63,829 nt of DNA from positions 1 through 63,829 of the forward strand of contig JAGDXO010000027.1 of NCBI GenBank assembly GCA_023256615.1, written 5' to 3'. Below the pieces are notes generated by a model, which was not told the DNA's origin, did no database searches, and saw nothing but the letters and a program-made list of their open reading frames with translations. Made by a program: the position numbers and the translations under genes. Below, piece after piece: positions 17,943 to 27,866 of this stretch. Every line of letters starts with the position of its first letter. The first letter of the stretch is position 1. Source of the stretch: Thermoplasmata archaeon (lineage in GTDB: Archaea > Thermoplasmatota > Thermoplasmata > Thermoplasmatales > GCA-001856825).

Positions 17943-18440
17943 ATGCATTCTAGATATATTATGCCATTAAAAAGGAGAAGGCTCAACATAACGGATTACA
18001 GGAAGAGACTAGCACTGATCAAGACAGGAGTCCCTAGAGCAGTAATAAGAAAATCACTCAAAAATATGAAGGTCGATATTGTTGAATACAGGCCTTCAGG
18101 CGACAGAGTTCTAGCTCATGGATGTACTGTTGAACTGAAAAAATTTGGATGGAAGGGACCGACTGGCAATACTCCAGCAGCGTATCTCTCTGGATACCTG
18201 GCAGGTCTTAGGGCAAAAAGTAAGGGAATAGAGAGAGTTTATGTTGATATGGGAAGACAGAAAGTTATCAAGGGATCAAAACTCATGGCAAGCGTAAAGG
18301 GTCTTATAGATTCAGGCGTTGAGGTTCCAGTGGATAAGAAATTCTTACCTTCAGAGGACAGAATAGTGGGAAAGCATCTGGAGACCGTAGCAGAAGGTTC
18401 TGTGAAATCCGTTAAGAAGGCTATGGAGGAATTACTATGA
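17943..18440 (+). CDS. rpl18: 50S ribosomal protein L18 (uL18)
   Basis: Conserved position. [13 protein letters not shown] and [14 protein letters not shown] motifs. Confidence 0.9.
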   Translation: MHSRYIMPLKRRRLNITDYRKRLALIKTGVPRAVIRKSLKNMKVDIVEYRPSGDRVLAHGCTVELKKFGWKGPTGNTPAAYLSGYLAGLRAKSKGIERVYVDMGRQKVIKGSKLMASVKGLIDSGVEVPVDKKFLPSEDRIVGKHLETVAEGSVKSVKKAMEELL

Positions 18441-19111
18441 CTGATGAAAATATTGAATGGATTCCAAAGACAAGACTGGGAAAAATGGTAAAAAATGGTG
18501 AACTTAAAACAATCTCCGAAGTACTTGCCTTACATATTCCAATAAGGGAAGCCCAGATTGTTGACACGTTGCTGCCAAATCTGGAGGACGAGGTAATAGA
18601 GATAAAGATGGTTCAAAAAATGTCAGATTCAGGAAGAAAGGTAAAATTCGCCGCAACAGTGGTAGTGGGAAACAGAGATGGATACGTCGGGATAGGTCAC
18701 GCTAAGGCAAAGGAAACTGGAGATGCAATAGAAAAGGCTATAGAAAATGCCAAATTGAATATAGTTGAGATTAAGAGAGGCTGCGGTTCCTGGGAGTGCG
18801 GTTGTGGCAGAAGTCACACTGTTCCATTTGAAGTAATGGGAAAATCTGGCTCCGTTAGGGTTGATCTGAAACCTGCACCTCAGGGAGTTGGACTTGCTAT
18901 AGGAGATATACCAAAGAAGGTACTTGCCATGGCAGGTATACAGGATACCTGGGGTTTTTCAGAAGGTCATACAAAGAGTACAGTAAATTTTGCATATGCA
19001 ACATTCAATGCCCTAAAGGAAACTTCTAAATTCAAAATAAATGATAAATTGGTGCTAAGCACCCCTATATATAAGGGAGGTGTTATGAGTGTACGCAGTG
19101 ATAAAAATTAG
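18437..19111 (+). CDS. rps5: 30S ribosomal protein S5 (uS5)
   Basis: [17 protein letters not shown] and [15 protein letters not shown] motifs. Confidence 0.94.
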   Translation: MTDENIEWIPKTRLGKMVKNGELKTISEVLALHIPIREAQIVDTLLPNLEDEVIEIKMVQKMSDSGRKVKFAATVVVGNRDGYVGIGHAKAKETGDAIEKAIENAKLNIVEIKRGCGSWECGCGRSHTVPFEVMGKSGSVRVDLKPAPQGVGLAIGDIPKKVLAMAGIQDTWGFSEGHTKSTVNFAYATFNALKETSKFKINDKLVLSTPIYKGGVMSVRSDKN

Positions 19112-19571
19112 AGGAAGCAACCATACAGAGGTAGGTATAAAGAAGGCACTCGATGAGTTGAGACTCAACAGGGTGAATCATCTTGTAATTGTCCCGGAAA
19201 CAGAAATAGGTCAGATAAAAAAGGCCAAAGATTACATTACCTGGGGCGAAATAGACAAAGAGCACCTCATTGTGCTACTCAGAGAGAAGGGCAGGCTAAT
19301 GGGAGAAAAGAAGCTGGATGATGAAACTGTAAAAGAGCTTGGTTTTGAAAGCCTCGATGACATGGCTGAGAAGATCTTAAATGGTGAAATAAAAATCAAA
19401 GATATACCAAATATGAAACCCATATTCAGAATGAATCCTCCAAGGAAAGGATACAAAACAACTAAGAGGACATATCAGTTCAAGGGAAGCATAGGATATA
19501 GAGGAAAGGACATTAATGTGTTAATAGACAGAATGATAGAAGGTGGTAAAATTGGTGAAACAGAAAACTAA
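19089..19571 (+). CDS. rpl30: 50S ribosomal protein L30 (uL30)
   Basis: [10 protein letters not shown]-terminus. GTG start 6 nt after GGAGGTG. Conserved position. Confidence 0.9.
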   Translation: MYAVIKIRGSNHTEVGIKKALDELRLNRVNHLVIVPETEIGQIKKAKDYITWGEIDKEHLIVLLREKGRLMGEKKLDDETVKELGFESLDDMAEKILNGEIKIKDIPNMKPIFRMNPPRKGYKTTKRTYQFKGSIGYRGKDINVLIDRMIEGGKIGETEN

Positions 19572-19989
19572 GAAGTATAGGGGAAGCCTTTACGGTAGGG
19601 GAAAGAAAGCAGGAAGAGGAAAAGGCAAGAGAGGAGGATCCGGGATGGCGGGACTCGGAAAGCACAGATGGATCTGGATGGTCAAGTACATGCCGGATCA
19701 TTATGGGGCCCACGGGTTCGTATATCATGGAGCAAAAAAAGAGCCTAAAGCAATAAATGTAGGGGAAATTGATAGAAAGTACGATTATCTTGTTAATTCA
19801 GGCGTTGCTACTATGAAAGACGATAAGATTTCCCTGGATCTGGAACAGATGGGTTATGATATTCTTCTCGGTGCCGGTCAGGTAGGAAGGCCCTTTCATC
19901 TGAAAGTAGCTAAGGCCACCGAAAAAGCTATACAAAAAATTAGGGATGCAGGCGGAGAGGTAGAACTTAATGGAGATAAAGAGGAATAG
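19543..19989 (+). CDS. rpl15: 50S ribosomal protein L15 (uL15)
   Basis: [28 protein letters not shown] motif. GTG at 19555 is a possible alternative start. Confidence 0.9.
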   Translation: MVKLVKQKTKKYRGSLYGRGKKAGRGKGKRGGSGMAGLGKHRWIWMVKYMPDHYGAHGFVYHGAKKEPKAINVGEIDRKYDYLVNSGVATMKDDKISLDLEQMGYDILLGAGQVGRPFHLKVAKATEKAIQKIRDAGGEVELNGDKEE

Positions 19990-21721
19990 GGCTTCGGCAA
20001 TTCCGATTTTAATAATATTCCTCTTAAATATATACCTATTTTATAGGGCATTAGATTACAATAAGGTATATACAGCCGTGTTATCTGTCACGGTTGCACC
20101 TTTATATTATCTGACTTACTTACTGATTTCTTACACAGGTGAAGGATCAAGATTATATGGATGGAAAAATCTGGTGGAAAGACTTCCAGCAGTCAAGAAG
20201 CCAGGAAGACACGTTAGGTTCAAGGAAAAATTCCTCTGGACCTCGCTTATATTGATAATATACTTCGTCCTGTCAAATATTTACATATATGGTCTCGACA
20301 GAGCACAGATAATTGATGTATTTGCATCATTCAGATCAATTTTTGCTGGTCAGGCCGGTTCAATTATGGATCTTGGGATAGGGCCTATAGTTACAGCAAG
20401 TATAATCATGCAGCTTTTTGTGGGTGCAAAGATCATAAATATAGATCTGACGAAATCTGATGACAAGGCATTATATCAGAGCGCTCAGAAATTACTTGTT
20501 ATACTTATGATATTTGTGGAGGCTGTACCGCAAGTTTTTGGATATTTGCCACCTGATCCATCATTTATTTCCGCCATAAATGGTACAGTTCCTGGTTATG
20601 GTCTCATGATAGCCAGAATCTTCATAATATTCCAACTTTTCATGGGATCATATCTTGTGTTTATGATGGATGAGGTAGTATCAAAATGGGGAATAGGGTC
20701 TGGAGTTTCACTGTTCATAGCAGCTGGTGTTTCTCAGGCACTCATAACAGGTACCCTTAACTGGGTTCCTACGGGATCCGGCCCACTTTCTATATCCAAT
20801 CCCCCAAGCGGAGCAATTCCAAAGACATTCTACTTGCTCTCACAATTTAATGCAGGAAATCTTTATTCCGGTGGTCTTGAAAGAATAATATTTGCTCCCC
20901 CAAATCCCCTCATAGCTCTAGCAGGAACTATTTTCATATTCTTCCTCGTTGTATGGGTGCAATCTGTTAAGGTTGAATTACCTCTGGCCCATGAAAGGGC
21001 AAGGGGTGCGAGAGGAAGATATCCAATACAATTGATGTACGCTTCAAATATACCAGTCATACTGGCAGCCGCAGTACTGGCAAATTTAGCAATGTGGTCT
21101 TTACTTTTCTGGACTAATCCAACTCTCGCTAAGATTCCCATTCTCGGTCATGATTATTACCTGGGCGCCTATCCTTCAGCTTCACTTGCACAGCAGCTCA
21201 ATATACAGCAGACCACACCCATAGGAGGTCTTGCATGGTATCTCGCAAATCCAAACGGTCTAGCAAACTGGTTATTCCCTATGCTTGATCCACAGGTTTA
21301 CCAAACTCAGTTGTTCAATCACCCTCCATGGGAAATGGGTATTCATGTTCTGGCTTATGTCGCGTTCATGGTAGGAGCGTCAGTATTGTTTGCAAAATTC
21401 TGGATTGAAACGACGAACATGAATTCAGAAGGCGTTGCCAGACAGATTCAGAGCTCAGGTATGCAAATTCCCGGATTCAGAAGGGACCCACGCGTACTTA
21501 AAAGAGTTCTGGACAAATATATACCTGCAATCACGGTATTCAGTGGTGCAGCGGTAGGTGCTTTGGCTGCAAGTGCAGATCTTATTGGGACTGTGGGGAA
21601 TGCTTCCGGCACAGGGGTGTTGCTGACTGTGGGAATAGTAATACAGCTCTACCAGGCCATGGGAAGAGAACAGATGACAGAAATGTATCCATTCATGAGA
21701 GACTTCTTCGGAGGCATGTAA
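19970..21721 (+). CDS. secY: preprotein translocase subunit SecY (unusually long, 583 aa)
   Basis: LPAVKKPGRHVRFKEKFLWT, GIGPIVTASIIMQL and YASNIPVILA motifs. Conserved position after L15. About 70 extra N-terminal residues. Confidence 0.93.
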   Translation: MEIKRNRASAIPILIIFLLNIYLFYRALDYNKVYTAVLSVTVAPLYYLTYLLISYTGEGSRLYGWKNLVERLPAVKKPGRHVRFKEKFLWTSLILIIYFVLSNIYIYGLDRAQIIDVFASFRSIFAGQAGSIMDLGIGPIVTASIIMQLFVGAKIINIDLTKSDDKALYQSAQKLLVILMIFVEAVPQVFGYLPPDPSFISAINGTVPGYGLMIARIFIIFQLFMGSYLVFMMDEVVSKWGIGSGVSLFIAAGVSQALITGTLNWVPTGSGPLSISNPPSGAIPKTFYLLSQFNAGNLYSGGLERIIFAPPNPLIALAGTIFIFFLVVWVQSVKVELPLAHERARGARGRYPIQLMYASNIPVILAAAVLANLAMWSLLFWTNPTLAKIPILGHDYYLGAYPSASLAQQLNIQQTTPIGGLAWYLANPNGLANWLFPMLDPQVYQTQLFNHPPWEMGIHVLAYVAFMVGASVLFAKFWIETTNMNSEGVARQIQSSGMQIPGFRRDPRVLKRVLDKYIPAITVFSGAAVGALAASADLIGTVGNASGTGVLLTVGIVIQLYQAMGREQMTEMYPFMRDFFGGM

Positions 21722-22270
21722 ATGAAGGTCATTATAGGTGGAATCCCTGGCGTCGGAAAGACGACAGTTCTGAATGTGCTCATCAAGAGTGGCATAATTG
21801 TGGAGAATTATGGTGACGTGATGCTTAAGGAAGCAATAAAGATGAACTATGTAAAGAACAGGGACGATCTTAGAAAACTTCCCATAGATATTCAGAAAAA
21901 TATTCAGAAAAAAGCATCAGAATATCTATCAGGATTAAGCAGTGTCGTTATAGACACTCATTTCTCTATTCAGACACCGAGGGGTTTCCTTCCCGGTCTA
22001 CCACCTGACGTACTTCAAATTCTGAAACCTGATCTATTTATTTCCATTGAAGCAGATCCCCTGGAAGTGTTTGAAAGAAGAAAGAACGATCAGCAGAGAA
22101 ACAGGGATGATGATTCACTAGATAAAATTAGAAGACACATGGAAGTCAACAGGGCGTATGGGATATCTTATTCAGCAATCACGGGTTCTCCAATAATGAT
22201 AGTAATGAACGAGAATGGAAAACATGAGGAAGCTGCCAATCAAATTATTAAAGTTATAGGAGGAAAATAA
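21722..22270 (+). CDS. adkA: archaeal-type adenylate kinase
   Basis: P-loop GIPGVGKTT. Length of about 180 aa. Conserved position after secY. Confidence 0.88.
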   Translation: MKVIIGGIPGVGKTTVLNVLIKSGIIVENYGDVMLKEAIKMNYVKNRDDLRKLPIDIQKNIQKKASEYLSGLSSVVIDTHFSIQTPRGFLPGLPPDVLQILKPDLFISIEADPLEVFERRKNDQQRNRDDDSLDKIRRHMEVNRAYGISYSAITGSPIMIVMNENGKHEEAANQIIKVIGGK

Positions 22271-22953
22271 TGCCTGCAACTCAGCCCGCCCAGAGTAAGG
22301 AACAGATGGAGGCAATGCAGAAAACGATGAGAACACAGCTTCTATATTTTTTCATAATGATACTTCTTTTATTTGTTTACACCACTCCAGTTCTGAGATA
22401 TCTATTCAGTCTACCCATGATATACATTCTTCAACCATTTATTGGATTTAATTTCCAATATCCTCTTTTTACCATTTTACTTGCTTCATTAATAACCGGT
22501 ATAGTTAATACAGTAGCAAGGCATTTCTTTATGGATTATTTTAAAATGGCAGAAATGCAGTTCAAAAATAAAAAACTAAGTGCAAGATACAGGGAGGCTA
22601 TAAGAACCAAGAATAAACAGGAAATAGATGCCGTTAGAGCTGAACAGAGCAAGTCTATGCAGGATTCTATGCAGGTAACGCAACAGCAAATGAAACCGAC
22701 TTTCATAACTCTTATTCTTAGCGTTCTGATATTTGCCTGGATGATTGGATTTATGGATCAGGTTAAAACAATTGGAAAGGCCATTATTATATCACCATTC
22801 GGTCCTGTAGATCTCATGCATCTTTACTATGGGTTTTACCTCTGGATAGCATTCTATTCATTATTCACCATAATAATAACATATCCCCTACAGTATGGAC
22901 TAAAATTGTACTATCTTAAAAAGAGCATAAATACACAGAGTGTCTCGGCATGA
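22270..22953 (+). CDS. DUF106/EMC3-like membrane protein (archaeal YidC/Oxa1-superfamily candidate)
   Basis: 227 aa. Hydrophobic helices flank a charged coiled-coil-like loop (KNKKLSARYREAIRTKNKQEIDAVRAEQ). Conserved slot between adk and cmk in archaeal operons. Confidence 0.7.
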   Translation: MPATQPAQSKEQMEAMQKTMRTQLLYFFIMILLLFVYTTPVLRYLFSLPMIYILQPFIGFNFQYPLFTILLASLITGIVNTVARHFFMDYFKMAEMQFKNKKLSARYREAIRTKNKQEIDAVRAEQSKSMQDSMQVTQQQMKPTFITLILSVLIFAWMIGFMDQVKTIGKAIIISPFGPVDLMHLYYGFYLWIAFYSLFTIIITYPLQYGLKLYYLKKSINTQSVSA

Positions 22954-23516
22954 AAATTACTGTATCTGGGCCACCAGGAAGTGGAAAAACCACTGTCTCT
23001 CAAATTCTTTCTAAGAAACTTGGGTATGAACTGATCACAGGGGGTGCTATTTTCAGGAGTTATGCGTCAGAGAGAAATATATCTCTCTCAGAAATGGGTC
23101 AGAGGGCTGAAAAGGATCCAGAATTTGATAAGGAGCTTGACTCCTATCTATTGAAGATACTCAAGGAGAAGGACAATATAGTTGTAGAGTCGAGGCTTTC
23201 CGGATGGCTTTGTCACATCAATAAAATAGAAGCCTTCAAGATATTCCTAACCGCAAGTGAAAGTATAAGAATAGGAAGAATAAGGTCTTCTATCAATGAA
23301 CGGAGGGAAGAACAAACAGGGGATATATCCTCTCTGATTAGGGAAAGGGAAGAGAGCGAATGGAAAAGATATCACAAATACTATAATATAGATTTTAAAG
23401 ATACATCAATATATGACGCCGTTATTGACAGTTCGGAAAAAAATCCGGAAGAAGTAGTGGAGGTGATTATCAGTGCCCTGGATATTTGGAAAAGAACCCA
23501 AAGAAAGAACTATTGA
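22950..23516 (+). CDS. cmk: archaeal cytidylate kinase
   Basis: P-loop GPPGSGKTT. Conserved position. Confidence 0.85.
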   Translation: MKITVSGPPGSGKTTVSQILSKKLGYELITGGAIFRSYASERNISLSEMGQRAEKDPEFDKELDSYLLKILKEKDNIVVESRLSGWLCHINKIEAFKIFLTASESIRIGRIRSSINERREEQTGDISSLIREREESEWKRYHKYYNIDFKDTSIYDAVIDSSEKNPEEVVEVIISALDIWKRTQRKNY

Positions 23517-24372
23517 AGAGAGGCTCAATTTCAGTTTTGTCGTTATTGATAAACCTAGAGGTCCAACTTCTCACCAGGTATCAGCCTGGGTCAGATCCAT
23601 GCTGAATTTGAAAAAGGCAGGGCACGTTGGAACACTGGATCCCAATGTAACAGGTGTTCTACCTGTGGGTCTTGAAAAGGCAACAAGATTAGCAGATTAT
23701 CTACATGAAGAAGGGAAGGAGTATATTGCACTGATGCTACTTCACAAGGAGATTCAAAGGGAAAAGGTGGAAGATGTATTCAGAGAATTTACAGGAGAAA
23801 TATTTCAATTTCCCCCCGTCAGATCTGCAGTTGCCAGAAATTTAAGGAAAAGGAAAATTTACTCCCTCAGGATTTTAGAAATGAAAGAAAGATACGTCCT
23901 GTTCAGGGCTAATGTTGAATCAGGGGTCTATATCAGGACGTTATGCAGGGATATTGGAGATGCGTTACTGGTGGGGGCAAATATGGTAGAATTAAGAAGA
24001 ATCAGAAGTGGTCCTGTGGATGAATCCAATATGGTTACTCTTCAAAAGTTAAAGGATGCATATACTTTCTACAAGAATGGAGACCCACAAATGTTATCAT
24101 CTATATTAATAGATCCAGAAGATGTAACAACAAACTTTCCAAAGATTACAATAAAGGATAGCGCCATAGATGCTATGGCACATGGTTCAAATGTTTTCCG
24201 AGCTGGAATTCTCGAGGATAATGGAGAAGGGAGCATGGTAAGAATAATGAGCACAAAGGGAGAACTTCTTGCTATGGGGAGAAGGGATAATGGTTTTATT
24301 AAACCGGAAGCAGTTTTTGTCGACAGGGGTACATATCCAAAGGCATGGAAGTCAGAACACGATATAAAATAA
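23473..24372 (+). CDS. cbf5: tRNA/rRNA pseudouridine synthase Cbf5 (TruB family, with PUA domain)
   Basis: VIDKPRGPTSHQV and GHVGTLDPNVTGVLPV (catalytic Asp). C-terminal PUA-like segment. Confidence 0.9.
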   Translation: MPWIFGKEPKERTIEERLNFSFVVIDKPRGPTSHQVSAWVRSMLNLKKAGHVGTLDPNVTGVLPVGLEKATRLADYLHEEGKEYIALMLLHKEIQREKVEDVFREFTGEIFQFPPVRSAVARNLRKRKIYSLRILEMKERYVLFRANVESGVYIRTLCRDIGDALLVGANMVELRRIRSGPVDESNMVTLQKLKDAYTFYKNGDPQMLSSILIDPEDVTTNFPKITIKDSAIDAMAHGSNVFRAGILEDNGEGSMVRIMSTKGELLAMGRRDNGFIKPEAVFVDRGTYPKAWKSEHDIK

Positions 24373-24443
24373 AGATATCCAAGAATAGCTTAATCTAATA
24401 TAAGGAAGGAAAAAATGTTTATTTTAATCGTAATATAGTAAAA

Positions 24444-25673
24444 ATGACTGAAATACTGATTCCCATCCTACTTGCACTGATTCTTGGCTATCTTGCAACT
24501 GTAATAGCTCGAGTTACAGGAACAGTATACATTCCTTATTTACTATTGCTGGGAATTTTATTTGGTCCAGTGCTCTATCTGATAAATCCCAATGAGGCTG
24601 CTTCACTTTTCTATCATTATATAGGACCAATAGGTGCAGCCTTTATAATACTTGATGAATCCAGCAAGATTTCCAGATACACGCTAAGAAGAGTTTGGAA
24701 GCCAACTGTAACGCTTATAACATTCGTTCTCTTTGTGACGGGCATTCTTATAGGGCTTTTTTCAATAATAATTTTAAAAAGCCCAATATGGGTAGGATTC
24801 ATTATTGGAGCAATAATAACCTCAACGGATCCGGCTTCGATAATCCCTTCTCTCAAAAGGAGCAGGGTTGGCGAGATTCCTTCCGTTCTGCTCATAACGG
24901 AGTCAGTTTTCAACGACCCTTTCTCCTACATGTTTTTGGTAGTTGTGATGGCGGTTTTCATGCCAAGTGAAATCAGAATACTGCAGTCCCCCTTCTTCCA
25001 TATTAATAATATAGTGATTTATCTACTCTTAAGTCAGATTTTTATACCCATTATAGTTTCAATTGCTCTTTTTTATTTAATGAGAAATCTTAGGATTTAT
25101 TTTCCAAGAGATTTCAGGGAATATTATACGGCAATGATTTTGCTATTTGGTCTTTCAGTTTACAGTATAACTGTAGCTGTAGGTGGCTCAGGGTACATGG
25201 CAATAGCAATTTTTGGTATTATGTCTGGTAATTATATGCCAAAGGATAAAGAATTGGAAAATTACCAGATTTTCATGGACGATATCACACAATTTTTTGT
25301 AGTTATGATATTTGTGTTCCTTGGAGCGTCTATTGACTTATCCTTCATAAGTAAATACCTTATCGATGGAATCCTCATCGCAGTTTTCCTCATCTTTGGT
25401 ATAAGACCATTATCGGTAATACTTGCCGGTTCGATCGATAGAAATGTTAAAACTTCGGATATGATATTTGTTGGTTTTGAAGGGACCAGGGGAGTTTTCC
25501 CTGCAATACTTGCACCTACAATTCTTATCCTTGGCATAGAAAACAGAAATGCAATATTTACCTACTGGGGTAAAACAATTGAGGCAATAATAATAGTCAT
25601 AATTTTCACATCATTAACAATCCAGCCCTTATTCATGGGTCGTCTTTATTCATACCTAAATAGAAATAAATAG
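24444..25673 (+). CDS. Na+/H+ (cation:proton) antiporter, CPA1/NhaP-like
   Basis: 409 aa, polytopic. ITSTDPASIIP motif typical of NhaP-type exchangers. Confidence 0.75.
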   Translation: MTEILIPILLALILGYLATVIARVTGTVYIPYLLLLGILFGPVLYLINPNEAASLFYHYIGPIGAAFIILDESSKISRYTLRRVWKPTVTLITFVLFVTGILIGLFSIIILKSPIWVGFIIGAIITSTDPASIIPSLKRSRVGEIPSVLLITESVFNDPFSYMFLVVVMAVFMPSEIRILQSPFFHINNIVIYLLLSQIFIPIIVSIALFYLMRNLRIYFPRDFREYYTAMILLFGLSVYSITVAVGGSGYMAIAIFGIMSGNYMPKDKELENYQIFMDDITQFFVVMIFVFLGASIDLSFISKYLIDGILIAVFLIFGIRPLSVILAGSIDRNVKTSDMIFVGFEGTRGVFPAILAPTILILGIENRNAIFTYWGKTIEAIIIVIIFTSLTIQPLFMGRLYSYLNRNK

Positions 25674-25707
25674 CAAATATTATAGTTAAAATTCATTATG
25701 GAACAAT

Positions 25708-26670
25708 ATGGAATTCGGAATAATATCTCTGGGAAATCATGCAATGACTAAAATAATTCCTGCAATTATTGATAGTGGAAATAAAATAGGAGCAATCTAC
25801 TCTTCAAATAGGGTTAAAGGTGAAAAGATATCGGAGGATCTTGGAGCTGAATTTTTTGATGATATAGATAAATTATTGAAATATGATTTAGATGCGGTTT
25901 ACATATCTTCACCTAATTTTTTGCATTATCACTACGCTAGTAAGGCGTTAAAATCAGGCAAAGATGTCCTGCTAGAAAAACCTATGACACTGAAGGTTGA
26001 AGAATCCATTGATCTTGTAAATGTTTCTGAAAGTGAAGGAAGAAAACTTGCAATAGGTTTTCATCTAAGATTTCATCCAGGGATTCAGAAAATGAAGGAG
26101 ATATTGAATTCTAGTGATATGGGTAACATTATAGCTGTATATGGTAAATGGACGCACCTCTCATCTCATTCCCTCCCATCAGATTCTTGGTGGGGTATAC
26201 CCGAACAGGCCGGAGGTGGTTCGATAGTTGGAACAGGTGTTCACGTACTGGATAGTTTTGTGAATATTTTGGGGAAGGACATTTTATCCGTAATGGCAAA
26301 AAATCATCCTGCCTGTAAGATAATAGAGGACACTTTTTCTATTAACGTCGTGTTTGGCAATGGAACAATTGCCAATTCACTTTCTTCGAGGAAAATTCCT
26401 TCCACTAACAACGATCTCGTTATTTACGGAGATAATGCGGTACTGAAACTGACAAATGCATATGATACAAAGGTTAAATCCATCCTCTTAAAAGACGAAA
26501 AGGAAATTGGGAAATACGATAGTAAATACGACATGTATCTATCTGAAATAAAGGATTTTTCAGGAAAATCGGAATATATAGCAAATGGGCGAGATGGCGT
26601 TATATCGACCAAATTGCATATATTATCCCAGGAGTCATCTTGTAAAGGCAAAGAGCTAAAATTCCAGTAA
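25708..26670 (+). CDS. Gfo/Idh/MocA family oxidoreductase
   Basis: N-terminal Rossmann segment and the family's LLEKPM (EKP) motif. Confidence 0.8.
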   Translation: MEFGIISLGNHAMTKIIPAIIDSGNKIGAIYSSNRVKGEKISEDLGAEFFDDIDKLLKYDLDAVYISSPNFLHYHYASKALKSGKDVLLEKPMTLKVEESIDLVNVSESEGRKLAIGFHLRFHPGIQKMKEILNSSDMGNIIAVYGKWTHLSSHSLPSDSWWGIPEQAGGGSIVGTGVHVLDSFVNILGKDILSVMAKNHPACKIIEDTFSINVVFGNGTIANSLSSRKIPSTNNDLVIYGDNAVLKLTNAYDTKVKSILLKDEKEIGKYDSKYDMYLSEIKDFSGKSEYIANGRDGVISTKLHILSQESSCKGKELKFQ

Positions 26671-26739
26671 AAAATGAAAATAAAAATCTGGTTGGAAATT
26701 AGAAAGAAAAATAATTTCATAGATTTTTACAGGAATTAA

Positions 26740-27699
26740 TTATGCAAGAGATTCGGGACAAACATTTTTTCTATAGCAACCCTGACACTTCCCCTTATTA
26801 TTATGATTCCGGTGGGCATCCATAGTATCTCTTACTATTTCCATTTTCTTTATAAGGGATCTTAAAGTTTCCCTCATATTCTCATCTATCTCAATTTCTA
26901 TGTTTCCCTGTGGATATTTTAATATTCCATAATAGACCCGCCTACCATATTTTTCTTCAACAAGTATTGCATAGGCAGTAAGCTGCATCATATGCGAGAA
27001 AGGTTTGATCTTAGGCATATTGCTGCTCTTTATCTCAATAGGTACAATTTCATCGTTAATCTCGGCTATTATGTCTGGCCTTCCCTGAAGTTTCCATTTA
27101 TCACTTCTAAGAAGTTCAGATTGATTATCATCTAGGTATTTTATATCTCTCTCTTCTGGGGGGACTCTGTCTATGATATTTATATTCTTCAGAAGTCTGT
27201 AATAAGCCATTGAATCAGCTATTAGTAGAAGATCGGCTGTTAAAATGAGAACTGGAATGACAATTCCCTTTAGCTTAAGGATAATAAATGTCATAAATAG
27301 TGCAAAAAGGGAAAATATAGAAAGATAGAGAATAATAGGATCAGATTTCTTGAAAAGTGAAAAATTAAAGAAATTTGAGAGAAGGTAAAACCAGACTGCA
27401 ATATAAATGGATAAAATTGAAAGAAGAAGCAGAAAAAGGTAATCTATACTTCCCTTTATCGTATAATAGAAGAATACCACGAGCACTAAAAGGGACAAAA
27501 TAGTCAAGAAATAAAAGAGCGTATTGAGAAATTTTATTCTCTTCTGAATAAGTATATTATGACTAATCTTATCGATCAGACCTTTATGATAAATTTCTCC
27601 TCTTTCAGACTTTGCATCAACACCTTTTAGGTATAACAAATAATTAAGTGGGCAGTACGCAAAACGCTCGATATCGCTCCCAGAAAAATAATCTTTCAT
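26740..27699 (-). CDS. Cas4/DUF83-like PD-(D/E)xK Fe-S nuclease with an internal four-helix membrane insertion
   Basis: FAYCPLNY (N-terminal Cys), GEIYHKG, four hydrophobic segments of 22-27 aa, then GRPDII...IVPIEIKS, QLTAYAIL and CQGCYRKNVC. Confidence 0.6.
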   Translation of the reverse strand: MKDYFSGSDIERFAYCPLNYLLYLKGVDAKSERGEIYHKGLIDKISHNILIQKRIKFLNTLFYFLTILSLLVLVVFFYYTIKGSIDYLFLLLLSILSIYIAVWFYLLSNFFNFSLFKKSDPIILYLSIFSLFALFMTFIILKLKGIVIPVLILTADLLLIADSMAYYRLLKNINIIDRVPPEERDIKYLDDNQSELLRSDKWKLQGRPDIIAEINDEIVPIEIKSSNMPKIKPFSHMMQLTAYAILVEEKYGRRVYYGILKYPQGNIEIEIDENMRETLRSLIKKMEIVRDTMDAHRNHNNKGKCQGCYRKNVCPESLA

Positions 27700-27701
27700 C
27701 G

Positions 27702-27866
27702 TTAAAGATTTTCGAATTCCTCACTTATATCCACGATAACCTGTTCCATTAGTTTTTCGATATTTCTTGAGGAGAATTCTCTTAAACCACCCATCTCGCT
27801 CTTAACTTTCGCAACGTACTTTTTATTGTCAAGATAAATATCAAAATGTACCAAAAGTTCTTCCAT
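27702..27866 (-). CDS. unlisted 54-aa ORF immediately upstream of the Cas4-like gene
   Basis: Hand translation: MEELLVHFDIYLDNKKYVAKVKSEMGGLREFSSRNIEKLMEQVIVDISEEFENL. Its stop codon lies 2 nt before the start of the downstream gene. Below the ORF-track length threshold. Confidence 0.45.
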   Translation of the reverse strand: MEELLVHFDIYLDNKKYVAKVKSEMGGLREFSSRNIEKLMEQVIVDISEEFENL

